From the NCBI RefSeq assembly GCF_009914755.1, contig NC_060926.1: DNA of 64,000 bases, one strand, 5' to 3'. Every line of letters begins with the position of its first letter. Position 1 is the stretch's first letter. Shown one piece after another: positions 1 to 18,930 of the stretch. Source of the stretch: the human T2T-CHM13v2.0 reference genome, Homo sapiens. The notes under the pieces were generated by a model that was not told the DNA's origin, searched no databases, and saw only the letters and a list, made by a program, of their open reading frames with translations. A program made the position numbers and the translations under genes.

Positions 1-109
1 GATCCCCACCCACTGAGTGACGAGGGTCCATATCTCAAGTTCCTCTCTTCTAAGATGAAGATATGCATCTGGATATCTCCAAATTCAAGAGCCTTCCACA
101 GATCTATCA

Positions 110-411
<302 letters not shown>

Positions 412-685
412 TCAAAGAAAAACACAACAAAAAAATACCGCCAACAACAAAATATCTTCACGTGTCTGAAGTACAGTATCACCTTTTGTAGAGATAATGC
501 CTCAATGACTATTCATTTAAAACTAAGATTATCAGAGGTAAAGGCATACAGTGACAATTTAGATTGAAGCTACCTTCCTTTTTCTTTGCACCAAAGGAAG
601 TGACAAAAAATTATTAAAAATCAGCCAAGCACAGTGGCTAATTGCTATAATCCCAGCACTTTGGGAGGCCAAGGCAGGCGGATCA

Positions 686-931
<246 letters not shown>

Positions 932-974
932 CTATTTGATGCTGTTGATCTGCTTACTTTGTGACTTTCCTTAA

Positions 975-1331
<357 letters not shown>

Positions 1332-2437
1332 TAATGAATTACTTAATTAGTATTGTTTTATATTATTCTTTTTTTTCTTTATTTTAGACAAGATTTCATC
1401 CTGTTACCCGTGCAGTGGTGCAATCATGACTCACTGCAGCCTCGACATCCCAGGGTCAAGCAATCTTCTCACCTCAGCCTCCTAAGTAGCTGAGTTTACA
1501 GGCATGTGACACAACACCCAGCTAATTTTTTTTTGTTTTTTGTGTTTTTTTTGGTAGAGATGGAGTCTCACTACTCCTACCTCGGCCTCCCAAAGTGCTG
1601 GGATTATAGGCGTGAGCCACCACACCCAGTCACATAAAACGCCTTTTTCCTTCAACTTTGAATCTCTATACCAATTGCACATGAGTAATAAGCAATAAGA
1701 TGAACACATCCTGCAAGACACCTGCTGCTAAACATGTCAGAATTTTTTTGTTTAAAGACATAATTTAGGCCAGTCGTGGTGGCTCACACCTGTAATCTCA
1801 GTACTTTGTGAGGCTGAGGTGAGCAGATCACTTGGGGTCAGGAGTTTGAGACCAGCCTGGACAACATGGTGAAACCCCATCTCTACTAAAAATACAAAAA
1901 TTAGCCGGGCATGGTGGCGTGCACCTGTAATTCCAGCTACTTGGGAGGCTAAAACAGGAGAATCGCTTGAACCCAGAGGCGGAGGTTGCAGTGACCAAGA
2001 TCATGTCATTGTACTCCAGCCTGGGCAACAGAGTGAGACTCCATCTCCAATAAATAAATAAATAAATAAAAATAAATACAATAAATTACTTTTTAAGGTA
2101 ATTGTACATTCACACGCAGTTGTAAGAAATATAAGGCTTCTATACCCTTCATCCGGATTCACCCAAGAGTAACATTTTGTAAAACTATAGTACATCACAG
2201 TCAGGAAAATGACATGGTTACAATCTAGTGACCTTATTCACATCTCACCAGCTTTATGTACTTGTGTGTGGTATGCATGCATATAGTTCCATGCAATTTT
2301 AGGGCATGTGTAGACTTGTGTGACCAACACCACAGTCAAGACATAAAACAGTCCATCACAAAGACTCCCTGTGCTACTCTTTTATTGCTGCTGTTACAAC
2401 CCTCCCAACCCCCTCTTTCTTTTTTTTTTGAGACTAA

Positions 2438-2536
<99 letters not shown>

Positions 2537-2809
2537 TGAGTAGCTGGGATTACAGACGTCTGCCACCACATCTGGCTAATTTTTTCTATTTTTAGTAGAG
2601 ACAGGGTTTCACCATGTTGGCCAGACTGGTCTCAAACTCCTGACCTCAGGTGATCTGCCTGCCTCAGTCTCCCAAAGTGCTGGGATTACAGGCGTGAGCA
2701 CCGTGCTCAGCCCCAACCCCCTCTTTAAATCCTGGCAACTACTAATCTGTTCTCTATCTTTATGGTTTTAGACATAATTTAGTTTTTTTTAAAAATTATT
2801 TTTTTAAAT

Positions 2810-3236
<427 letters not shown>

Positions 3237-3414
3237 ATAATTTAGCTTTGAGCATGATTTGAAACTGGTGGGACAGGAGGGACCTCAGCCTCAGTGCTTC
3301 TGTTAGTATTTATGCTGGGACTCTTTGGGTGACAATGTGCATGATTATACTGCTTCTGGCTTCTTTAGGATGACTTTCCACCACTGTAGCCTATTCTAGG
3401 GAAGGGAAACTTAC

Positions 3415-3519
3415 CCTGCCTTTTTAACGAGGAAGCAACCACAGGCTTTTTCAGGCCACTTTTCCTTAGATTACTGCTCACTGCATCTTGAGGCAGTAGT
3501 GAACTGTTCATCTGTGCAC
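3415..3519 (-). CDS. C2orf42: C2orf42 coding exon (105 nt): [35 protein letters not shown]
   Basis: Acceptor gtggtttag|, donor |gtaagt; open in the phase-1 frame carried from the previous exon. Confidence 0.88.
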
Positions 3520-3861
3520 CTAAACCACAAATCATTACAGGTTTAACAATGTATCTGCTAAATATAAATTGATTTGATGTTAATTTTTAGAGTCTAAAAC
3601 ATATAAACAGTCTTTGCTAATTTCTAGGTTAGCTTCACAGTTTCTAGGAGTTAGCATTAGTCTTTACACATAAAATTTTAGCTTTCTTATGCTCTTTATA
3701 GGAAATTGGGTGAATAAACAGAAATGAAAGGAAGAAAAAAATTCACTTATTGCTCCCACCTGTCAGACAATTACGATGACTTTTCTAGTGAACTGTCTTC
3801 CGTTTTCTTCTCTGTGAATATGTTATTGGTTTTGTGATTTTTAAGTAGTTGTGATTTTACC

Positions 3862-4316
<455 letters not shown>

Positions 4317-4724
4317 AAGTGATCTGAGCATTTTCCCAAATTCTTTATTATCACTTGTTTTTAATTTTTATTTTTTAGAGATGAGGTCTTGCTATATTGC
4401 CCAGGCTGGAATGCAGTGGCTATTCACAGGTCCAATCACAGTGTGCTAGAGCCTTGAGCTCCCGGGCTCAAGGGACCCTCCTGCCTCAGCTTCCTGAGTA
4501 GCTGGGACTACAGGCATGCACCACTGCACCCAGACTATAATCATTTTTATGCCTGCCTGATATTCTATGGTAAAGTGGCTTTACCATGGTTCATTTAACT
4601 ATCCCCAGTGGTTAACCCTTAGTTGTTTCTAATTTTTTAATTTTCTAAATAATCATAAAATCAACATCTCCAGACAAAATGTTTTTCCTATACCAATAAT
4701 TATTTCCTTAGAAAAGATTATTCA

Positions 4725-4904
<180 letters not shown>

Positions 4905-4907
4905 TTA

Positions 4908-5012
<105 letters not shown>

Positions 5013-5398
5013 TCAAAAAAGAAAAAAAAAAAATAGCCAAGCGTGGTGGCAGGAGCCTGTAATCCCAGCTACTCGGGAGGCTAAGGCAGCAGAATTGCTT
5101 GAACCCAGGAGGTGGAGGTTGCAGTGAGCCAAGATCACGCCACTGCACAATCCAGAGCAAGACTCCATTTCCAAAAAAAGGGGAAAGACTAATAAGTAAA
5201 CATTTAACAACAATTTCTGCTCTATATTCCTGCCAGAATTGCCTCTCTAAAATACACAAATGACCATGTCACTTTGTTTCTCCATCTTTCTTCAACTTCC
5301 CAGCACCAAAACTCTTGTGCATGACCACCTGATCCATCCCTAGCAATATTTCCTATAGGTAGGACCATTTTAAGGATCTTAACAGATACTACAAGCTA

Positions 5399-5781
<383 letters not shown>

Positions 5782-6002
5782 TTAAAAAACAAACAAACAA
5801 ACAAACAAAAAAACACACAAACTTTGCTAATTTGGTAGCAAAAGGTATCCTGTTTTAATTTTGCATTTCTAAAATGTTTGCATTTCTCTGTCTACTAGTA
5901 AGTTTGGAGTTTGGTCCATGGGTGTGGACCAAGTAATATTTTCATTTTGTTTAGACTCTAGGTCTCTTGATGCTTACCTACTAGGATACTTCACCATTTT
6001 CA

Positions 6003-6239
<237 letters not shown>

Positions 6240-6548
6240 TCAAGAGGCTGAGGCAGAAGAATTGCTTGAACCTGGGCAGTGGAGGTTGCAGTGAGCCGAA
6301 GATCGCATCAGTGTACTCCAGCCTGGGCAACAGAGCGAGACTCCATCTCTAAATAAATAAATAAATAAATAAGGCTGGGTGCAGCGGCTCACGCCTTACT
6401 TATTACAGGCTCAGGCCTGTAATCCCAGCACTATGGGAAGCCAAAGCGGGTGGATCACCTGAGGTCAGGAGTTCAAGACCAGTCTGACCAATATGGTGAA
6501 ACCCCATCTCTACTAAAAATATAAAAATTAACTGGGCGTGCACCCTTA

Positions 6549-6761
<213 letters not shown>

Positions 6762-7273
6762 TTAGTGTGGGGAATATAACCATTGTCACAAAATTTTTTT
6801 AAACACTCTATGGATGAAAACTTCATAATACTATCCTAAGGCAGATTAAGGTATAAAATTAATCTGTTTAAGGGATGTACAAACATATACAGTAAAAGTA
6901 GAATTTGGTTGGATCTTATTTTTGGCTAAGGGATCAAACTTTTAGCTTAACTTGAAAAAGAATCATCAATGGAGAGTAAAACTTTTCTCAGGAAAAAAAC
7001 CCATAAGAACAAAAACATAATATTTCTTGGCCAGGTGTGATAGCTCACACCTATAATTCCAGCACTCTGGGAGGCCAAGATGGGAGAATCACTTAAGGCC
7101 TGGAGTTCGAGGCCAGCCTGGGCAAGATGGTAAGACCCCTGTCTCTTTATTTTAATAAAAATAAAATAAAATATAGTATTTTCTTATAATTGCTGAGGTT
7201 CAGTCAAAGACATAAAACGCAGTAAAACAATCTCTAAAGACAATACCACCAAACCAACCAACCAGACTCTTAC

Positions 7274-7384
7274 CAGATACTTCATCCTTTCTCCTCTTCT
7301 TTGACTTAGAGGCAGTAGACTCACAAGCAGATACTGTTGATTCTGAATGGCAACCTAACTGGGGTACAATAATCTCTTTAAGAC
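7274..7384 (-). CDS. C2orf42: C2orf42 coding exon (111 nt): [37 protein letters not shown] (basic NLS-like KKRRK)
   Basis: Within ORF 7200..7424; poly-T tag| acceptor, donor |gtaaga; phase 1/1. Confidence 0.92.
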
Positions 7385-7814
7385 CTAAAAAAAAGAAGAT
7401 TTCTGAATTATTAATCCTATCCAAGGGTAAGTATAAGTATAGGCCTCTATGTAGCGAAAAGTTAATTTCTTTTTAAAAATCCCCCAAACGAATTATCCCA
7501 GGCTGGGCAACATAGGCAGACCCCAACTCTACAAAAAATAAAAAATTACCACGCCTGTGTTCCCAGCTACTCGAGAGGCTGAAGTGGGAGGATCACTTTA
7601 GCCCAGGAGGGTCAAGGCTGTAATGAGCCGTGATTATGTCACTGCATGCCAGCCTGGGCGACAGAGGCAGACGCTGTCTCAAAAAACAAACCAAAAACAA
7701 AAACAAAAAAAAAATTATGGAGTGATTGCTTGTTTTAAAATAAGTTCCTTGGGCCGGGTGCGGTGGCTCACGTCTGTAATCCCAGCACTCTGGGAGGCCG
7801 AGGCGGGTGGATCA

Positions 7815-8204
<390 letters not shown>

Positions 8205-8902
8205 TCAGGCATGGTGGCAGGCGCCTGTAATCCCGGCTACTTGGGAGACTGAGGCATGAGGATTCCTTGAACCCAGGAGGCAGGGGTTGCGGTGAGCCAA
8301 GGTTGTGCTACTGCACTCCAGCGTTTGTGATGGAGCAAGATTCTGTCTCAAAAAAAAAAAAAAAAAAAAAAAATCAAGAGATTCTGTCTCTTGATCATTA
8401 ATTTCAACCAACCAACCAACCTTTATGCAAGTGTGCTGACTGAGACTGAAAGAAGGAATGCAACCAGGTGTGGCGGCTCACACCTGTGATCTCAGCACTT
8501 TGGGAGGTTGAGGCAGGAGGACTGCTTCAGCCCAGGAGTTCAAGACCAGCCTCGGCAACAAAGTAAGACCCCTATCTGCAAAAAATTAAAAAAATTAGCC
8601 AGGCATGGTGGCACGTGCCTGTGGTCCTAGCTATCTGCGGGGACTGAGGTGGTAGGATCTCGAGCCTGGGAGGTCAAGGCTGCTGTGAGCTGTGATCAGG
8701 CCACTGCACTCTAGCCTGGGCAACAAAGTGAGACCTTGTCTCAAAAAAAAAAAAAAAAAAAAAAAAAGAAGGAACACTTTTCATTTGAATTATCTAGCAA
8801 CTGTTTCTGAAGGTTGCTAAGACAATCTCCAAATGCATCAGTGGAACTCTTTTCATTGCAGTTTTAGAAAAACGTAATAACCACATCAACCATACCACCT
8901 AC

Positions 8903-9725
8903 CGCTGGAATCAAAATTTAGGAAGTCTGAGAATTCCTGAGCCAGTGTCTCATCACTGGCAAAGGCACAGATGCAAGCAAAGAAATGAATGCATCTCTGG
9001 GCTGTCTCATCCTTGGAGGCATTTGACTTGTGCGATTTCAGAGTCTGACAGGAGCAGAAGAAGCGGCGCTCAGGCAAGCTTTTGCCACTGACTTTCTGCA
9101 CAAAAGATGTATGCAAATACCCCAAACTGTGCTTCTGGCTTGCCTTGCATTTCACCACCAAGATGTTTTTAGTAATTCTCTGCACCAGAGGACCTGTGGG
9201 TTCCGTGGCCAACTGCCAGATGGTCTGTTTGGTTTCCGGGGAGGCCTGCATTGCATTCAGGACCGAGCTCTTCAGGGTCAGAGGGGTGGCCTCTGCCTGG
9301 CAGTTCACCGCCAGCTTGATGTGCTGGCACTGGTTTTCCACAACGCCTTGAGTGGCAGCTTTCAGGCATGAGGGGACATAACACCGTCCAGAGCTCAGCT
9401 GAGTGATGATCGTCCCATCCACTGTCTGGATTGTTGTCTCTGAAACCCCGAGCTCCACAAAGCATCGGTAATCAGGGCCCCGGTCTCTTTGCCGCACTGA
9501 GTAGACCTGAAGATCAGAGCCTGTAATGATTTTGACAGCTTCAACACTAGGCTGCTTGCGTGCACCGTAGCGGAATATGGTTCCACATGTCTTGTTCTTA
9601 CAGCTCAGTCCCCGGGTTCCATTGTATGTGCCACATCGGGGACACTTTCTGATTCCCCTCAATGTGGCCTTCCCCAAATCAGATAAGAAAGCTGGGACTT
9701 TAGTCCTCAGAGAATTTGGTTCCAT
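8903..9725 (-). CDS. C2orf42: C2orf42 first coding exon (exon spans 8903-9737; 823 coding nt), zinc-finger protein N-terminus
   Basis: ORF 8886..9725 [47 protein letters not shown]; acceptor ttttgtag| 12 nt before the ATG; donor G|gtaggt at 8901-8902 (the RWYG tail of the ORF is intronic). Confidence 0.93.
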
Positions 9726-9805
9726 TTTTCAGAGGCCCTACAAAAGACAATACATCCAACAGTATGAGTATACCTTCACACACAAAAAGTTAAAATCACT
9801 TATGA

Positions 9806-10074
<269 letters not shown>

Positions 10075-10406
10075 TGATCCGCCTGCCTCAGCTTCCCAAA
10101 GTGCTGGGATTACAGGTGTGAGCCACGGCGCCTGGCTGCTATCCACTATTTTTAAACTGTACCACAAAACAACATAAATTTAAACCTACAAACAAAATGA
10201 AAGTGGAAACTGCCTTTCATACCTATTTTTTTAAATCCTAATAATCAAAGCATTTCTCCAGATTTAACTCTGTTCTATATAACAACGGAAGTTAGTTAAC
10301 CTAATCTTTACATGCCCAGATGTCTAACTTCAGCAAGAATTAGAGAACATGAAAGATGAGTTTTTTTCCCTTCCATCATTCCCCACAAAACCTAGCCCAA
10401 TCCTAC

Positions 10407-10675
10407 CTGTACCAGCTGCCAAGGCATCTGGAAAACAGTGTAACCTGAATTCATAAGACTTAAAAGGTGTTTCATTAGTTTCTAATGATCAGGTGAAAAC
10501 ACGATCATTTGCAGACTAATGATAACTGCTTAACCCAAAATCTTCTGAAGTTTGAGCTGTATGGTGTAACAATGCAGACATTCTGCCTCCTCCTTCTCCA
10601 CCAGCCAATGGCAAAGCTTCTGCCCAATGTTCCGCAAATAAGATTCCCACTTCCCTAAGTGGAGATCTTGATAGT
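10407..10675 (-). other. C2orf42: C2orf42 5' UTR exon 2 (269 nt, five uATGs)
   Basis: Acceptor ttttcttgttttactcgcag|, donor CAG|gtagga; unique sequence between Alu clusters. Confidence 0.8.
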
Positions 10676-11188
10676 CTGCGAGTAAAACAAGAAAAAATAT
10701 TAAAGTTATACAAAGACAGGATGATTCTTTCGTTAGAAATCAAACAGAATAGGAATCAAAGTCTTTCACAATTACTTGAGAAATATTTGACAGAAATGAT
10801 TATGGAAATGGGTTAAGTGTTTTGTACTTCCAACTGTAAGGAAGGTAAAAAGGTGCTAATGTCATTACAAAGGGGGTTGTCAAGAACACTTTAGAGGTCT
10901 GGCATGGTGGCTCACTCCTGTAATCCCAGAGATTTAGGAAGCTGAGGTGGAGGATCACTTGAGCCCAGGAGTTCAAGACCAGCCTGGACAACATAGTGAG
11001 ACCTCATTTCTATAAAAAAATTTAAAAATTAGCTGGGCATGGTGGTGTGCACCTGTAGTCCCAGCTACGTTGGAGGCAGAGGTGGGAGGATCACCTGAGT
11101 CCAGGAGAGCAAGGCTGCAAATTGTGCCATTATACCCCAGCCTTGGCGACAGAGCAGGACCCCATCTCTTTTTTTTTTTCTTCTTTGA

Positions 11189-11392
<204 letters not shown>

Positions 11393-11522
11393 TGATCTGC
11401 CCACCTCAGACTCCCAAAGTGCTGGGATTACAGGCGTGAGCCAATGCGCCCGGCCGACCCCATCTCTTTAAAAAAAAAAAAAAAGAACACACCTAGAGCT
11501 ATGTTATATAATTGGTCAATAA

Positions 11523-11825
<303 letters not shown>

Positions 11826-12642
11826 TAAGTGTGAGCCACACAGCTTCATTTACTCAGTAAAAATTACAGTCGGGGACTAGTTCATAGCACCAATGAAAAG
11901 GTGGACATTTTAAAACTATTCTTATTTGTACTTTCCAATTTGTTAATCAGTGGATAGAAGATGTAGAGAGAAAAAAAAATTGTTTTGAGACAGTCTTGCT
12001 CTGTCACCCAGGATGGAGTGCAGTGACGTGATCTCGATTCACTGCAACCTCCGCCTCCCGGGCTCAAGCAATTCTCTGGCTAATTTTTGTATTTTTAGTA
12101 GAGATGTGGTTTCACCATGTTGGCCAGGCTGGTTTTGAACTCCTGACCTCCAGTGATCTGCCCGCCTTGGCCTCCCAAAGTGCTGGGATTACAGACATGA
12201 ACCACTGTGCCTGGCCCTATTTTTTTTTTTTTTTTTTTTTTTTTTGAGACAGAGTCTCACTCTGTTGTCAAAGATGGAGTGCAGATCATGGCTCACTGCA
12301 GCCTTGACCTCCCAAGGTCAAGCAATCCTCCTGCCTCAGACTCTCAAATAGCTGAGACCACAGGTACGTGCCACTACACTCAGCTAATTATAAATTTTTT
12401 ATAGAGATGGGGGTCTCACTATGTTGCCCAGGCTGGCTTTGAACTCCTGGGCTCAAGCAATCCTCCTGCCTCGGCCTCCCAAAGTTCTGGGATTACAGGT
12501 GTGAGCCACCATGCCCAGTGGTCTCTATTCTTCTTAAAAAATGTTTTAGGCCGGGCGCAGTGGCTCATGCCTGTAATCCCAGCACTTTGGGAGGCCGAGG
12601 TGGGTGGATCACAAGGTCAGGAGATCAAGACCATCCTGGCTA

Positions 12643-13146
<504 letters not shown>

Positions 13147-13460
13147 TCAAAAAAAAAGTTTTAAAAAGACTAGGCACAGTGGCTCACACCTGTAATTGCC
13201 AGCACTTTGGGAGGCTGAGGTGGGAGGGTCACTTGAGGCCAGGAGTTCGAGACCAGCCTAGCCAACATGATGAAAACCTGTGTCTACTAAAAATACAAAA
13301 ATTAGGCAGGCATGATGGCACATGTCTATAACCCCAGCTACTCAGGAGGCTGAGGCATGAGAATTGCTTGAACACAGGAGGCAGAGAGGTTGCAGTGAGC
13401 CAAGATCGCACCACTGCACTTCAGCCTGGGAAACAGAGTGAGACTTTGTCACAAAAAAAA

Positions 13461-13550
13461 ATATATATATATACACACACACACAAACACACACACACAT
13501 ACATATATACACACATATATATATATACACACACACATATATATATATAT
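13461..13550. repeat. Compound (TA)n/(CA)n microsatellite in an Alu tail
   Basis: Seen directly. Confidence 0.95.
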
Positions 13551-13589
13551 TTTAAGGAAAACAAGTGCTTTGTGAAATAAGATGCATAG

Positions 13590-13813
13590 CAGGGTTTCTC
13601 CACCTTGGCACTGCTGACATTTAGGACTGGATAATTCTTTGTTGTGGGGGCTATCCTATGCATTGCAGAATGTTTAACAGTATCCCTGGTTTCTACCCAC
13701 TAGATCCCGGTAGCAGGCCCCATCCCTAATTGTAAAAAAAAAAAAAAAAAAAAAGTCTCCAGATAATGCCAAATGTCCTCTGGAGGCAAAACTGCCCCAG
13801 TTAAAAGCCACTG
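13590..13813. mobile_element. MER20 (hAT-Charlie DNA transposon)
   Basis: CAGGGTTTCTC...CCACTG termini; internal ggataattctttgttgtggggg signature. Confidence 0.8.
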
Positions 13814-14027
13814 ATGTAGAGTCATTAGCCTGTTCACACAGCATTCCTTCCTAGCTCAATGAACTTCTTTAGTAGGTATTCTCATTCAGTCCCACATGGA
13901 TTCTTAGAATATTGTTCCAAAGTCAAAACATGAAGGATCAGTTTGCTTTTTACCATGAACGATCTCTGTGACCAAGTCCTTTAACTTCTGAGCTTCAGGA
14001 TTTTTTCATCTGCAAAGCTACGATACG

Positions 14028-14078
14028 ACATATATATACGTATATGTATATATACACACACACACACACATATATACA
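14028..14078. repeat. (TA)n(CA)n microsatellite
   Basis: Seen directly. Confidence 0.9.
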
Positions 14079-14175
14079 ATTTGTATATATGAAAGAGCTT
14101 AGAAAAAATTAATTTAAAAATTATGTTGCTAATGATGATTTAACATATCAAAGTGGAAAAAAACCTTTCTGTCAT

Positions 14176-14870
14176 ATCATTAAAAAGTCAGGAAACAACA
14201 TGTGCTGGAGAGGATGTGGAGAAATAGGAAGACTTTTACACTGTTGGTGGGACTATAAACTAGTTCAACCATTGTGGAAGTCAGTGTGGCGATTCCTCAG
14301 GGATCTAGAACTAGAAATACCATTTGACCATCCCATTACTGGGTATATACCCAAAGGACTATAAATCATGCTACTATAAAGACACATGCACACGTATGTT
14401 TATTGCGGCACTATTCACAATAGCAAAGACTTGGAACCAACCCAAATATCCAACAATGATAGACTGGATTAAGAAAATGTGGCACATATACACCATGGAA
14501 TACTATGCAGCCATAAAAAATGATGAGTTCATGTCCTTTGTAGGGACATGGATGAAACTGGAAATCATCATTCTCAGTAAACTATCGCAAGGACAAAAAA
14601 CCAAACACCGCATGTTCTCACTCATAGATGGGAATTGAACAATGAGAACACATGGACACAGGAAGGGGAACATCACACTCTGGGGACAGTTGTGGGGTGG
14701 GGGGAGGAGGGAGGGATAGCATTAGGAGATATACCTAAGGCTAGATGACGAGTTAGTGGGTGCAGCACACCAGCATGGCACATGTATACATATGTAACTA
14801 ACCTGCACATTGTGCACATGTACCCTAAAACTTAAAGTATAATAATAATTAAAAAACAAAACAAAACAAA
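14176..14870 (+). mobile_element. 5'-truncated L1PA2/L1PA3 (ORF2 C-terminus, 3' UTR, poly-A), antisense to C2orf42 intron 1
   Basis: ORF 14324..14638 is the L1 ORF2 end; GAG rather than ACA at the Ta-diagnostic site; TSD aaaaaaacctttctgtcat at 14157-14175 and 14871-14889. Confidence 0.93.
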
Positions 14871-14892
14871 AAAAAAACCTTTCTGTCATTAA

Positions 14893-15118
<226 letters not shown>

Positions 15119-15275
15119 TAGCGGGGATTACAGGTACCTGCTACCACGCCCAGCTAACTTTTTTGTATTTTTAGTAGAGACAGGGTTTCACCATGTTGGC
15201 CAGGCTGGTCTCAAATTCCCGACCTCAAGTGATCTGCCTGCCTCGGCCTCTCAAGTGCTGGGATTACAGGCATGA

Positions 15276-16600
<1,325 letters not shown>

Positions 16601-16985
16601 ATATTTGGAATCAGTATATTTTGATTTGATATTCTGACCCAGCAATTACACTACTAAGAATTTATTTTACAGACTGACTCCCACATGTGTGAAATGAGGG
16701 AAATTATAAGGCAACTCAATGAAGAATATTTGTAGCAGCAAAATATAAGAAACAACCTGATGTCCCTCAAGAAGATACTGGTGTAATTAATTATGGTATG
16801 CCTACAAAATGGAATACTTCCCAGAAAATAAAATATTTTTACAGCTGTTTAAAAAAAAATGGCATGGCCGGGCACGGTGGCTCACACCTGTAATCCCAGC
16901 ACTTTGGGAGGCGAGGCAGGCGGATCACCTGAGGTCGGGAGTTCCTGACCAGCCTGAACAACATGGAGAAACCCTATCTCTACTA

Positions 16986-17236
<251 letters not shown>

Positions 17237-18129
17237 TCACAAGGTCAGGAGATCGAGACCATCCTGGCTAACACAGTGAAACCCTGTCTCTACTAAAAAT
17301 ACAAAAAATTAGCTGGGCGAGGTGGCGGGCGCCTGTAGTCCCAGCTACTAGGGAGGCTGAGGCAGGAGAATGGCGTGAACCCTGGGGGGTGGAGCCTGCA
17401 GTGAGCCGAGATCGTGCCACTGCACTCCAGCCTGGGCGACAGCGAGACTCCGTCTCAAAAAAAAAAAAAAAAAAAATGGCCTGAGTAGCTGGACGTGGTG
17501 GCTCACGCCTGTAATCCCAGCACTTTGGGAGGCTGAGGCGGGAGGATCACTGAGCTCAGGAGTTCAAGACCAGCCTGGGCAACATAGTGAGACCCTGTCT
17601 CTTAAAAAAAAAAAAAGATACACTGTGGAGTGAAAAAAGTGCAGCACTTTGTAATATGCTATTCTTGGTTTTACTCTTTTAAAAGAAAAAAAAAAAGACG
17701 AGAGATACACATATGTATCTATCTAGACACACACACATACAATGTCTATTGCATCAGAAGAAACGACATGGGATTTGGGAAACAGAAGTTAGGAGGGAGA
17801 CTTACATCTCACTGTTTGGCAGTATTTGAATTTTAAAACATGTACTAGTATTACTTCTTAGAGACTCTATATCGAAAGCATATACAAACAATTAACACAA
17901 CTTGTAAAGAACGTGGATTTGAAACCTGAAAGATCTGCTGGGTATTCTCTTCTCAGCAAGTTTACAAATCAGCCTCCTCGGCGGGAGAGTGTCAAGGGAC
18001 TGGTGTTGGAAGCGTTAACCCGCGATGGGTTTCCATCCAACCACTACCCAGACCTAAATGTTTGGTGGATTCTGTTTCATGCTTGTGAGGCACAGTTAGG
18101 GGAAAAGAACAAATGATCATTACGGATAA

Positions 18130-18290
18130 ATAATAAAACTAGCTGAGTACACTGCGTGTTAAATCCTTTCTATGCATGTACTGCCCACACGATCCTGTGA
18201 GGTAGATACTATGTTACCCATCTTAGAGATGAGGAAACTGTTACTCAGATTTGACGGAAGCGTCACAGCCAGCAGGTAACTCACAAACGT
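18130..18290 (-). mobile_element. MIR at the edge of the CpG island
   Basis: ctgtgaggtagatact...cccatcttagagatgaggaaactg MIR core. Confidence 0.7.
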
Positions 18291-18299
18291 GGGTTTGTA

Positions 18300-18930
18300 G
18301 TCGGCTGGATGGCTTGCCAAACCACAAGTGGGAGGATGGAGCACATCAGCCCTCAACGGCCTCGGAACAGCGGAGGAAGACCGCCGGGGCCCTGCAGTCA
18401 ACGGAGCGGCCGCCCGACTCCGGGACGCTCACCTCCCGGCCGGCTTCCGGGATGGGTCTGCAGCGACACACACATATCCCCTGGGACCTGCTTCCCGGCA
18501 TCCTCCCCGCGCGAGCGCTCACTTCCGGTCCCAAGTAGGCCCAGGCAGAAGCATCACCTCGCCGGCAGCCGCTCCTTGGACATGCTTTCCGCTGGGAACC
18601 CGAGCTCTACACCCCTGCCCCACCGCCGCCCCGGTCCTTGCTCAGCACTACCCCCTTACCTGCCCTGCGCACCCCCCGCGAGCCCCGGGGCCCTTAGCTG
18701 ACGACCGCCCTCACCTCTTCTCTCTTCGCCTGCCGCGGCCTTTTACAAACGGGGCCAAACTGTTCGCTGTAACGACAATCGTTATTGGTCAGAGCCGCCC
18801 ACGCGCGGCAAGTGGCCGCCCACCTGAGCTCGCGTTGTCTTATGGGAGTTTTAGTTCTCTCCTTCAGAGACCGCTGAGACACTGGGGGAATGCGGTGGTA
18901 GAACATACGCCGACCTAGCGGCTGTAAAGC
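18300..18930. promoter_or_regulatory. C2orf42: CpG island / C2orf42 promoter
   Basis: Sharp rise in GC and CpG outside repeats; CCAAT on the minus strand (attgg 18784-18788); ETS/GABP motif ACCGGAAGT (18521-18529). Confidence 0.9.
18715..18760 (-). other. C2orf42: C2orf42 non-coding exon 1 (TSS approximate)
   Basis: Donor GAG|gtgagg (ac 18713-18714) just downstream of the CCAAT box; the 5' end is inferred. Confidence 0.65.

Noticed and set aside
8886-8902. C2orf42 as a single-exon 279-aa protein
   Set aside because: A good donor at 8902 and two downstream in-phase exons show that the CDS continues
14324-14638. L1 ORF2 C-terminal ORF
   Set aside because: The element is only ~700 bp and 5'-truncated; it has no promoter and cannot be active
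18159-18918. Overlapping ORFs of up to 196 aa in the CpG island
   Set aside because: GC-rich sequence has few stops; the proteins are Pro/Arg/Ala-rich with no recognisable domain
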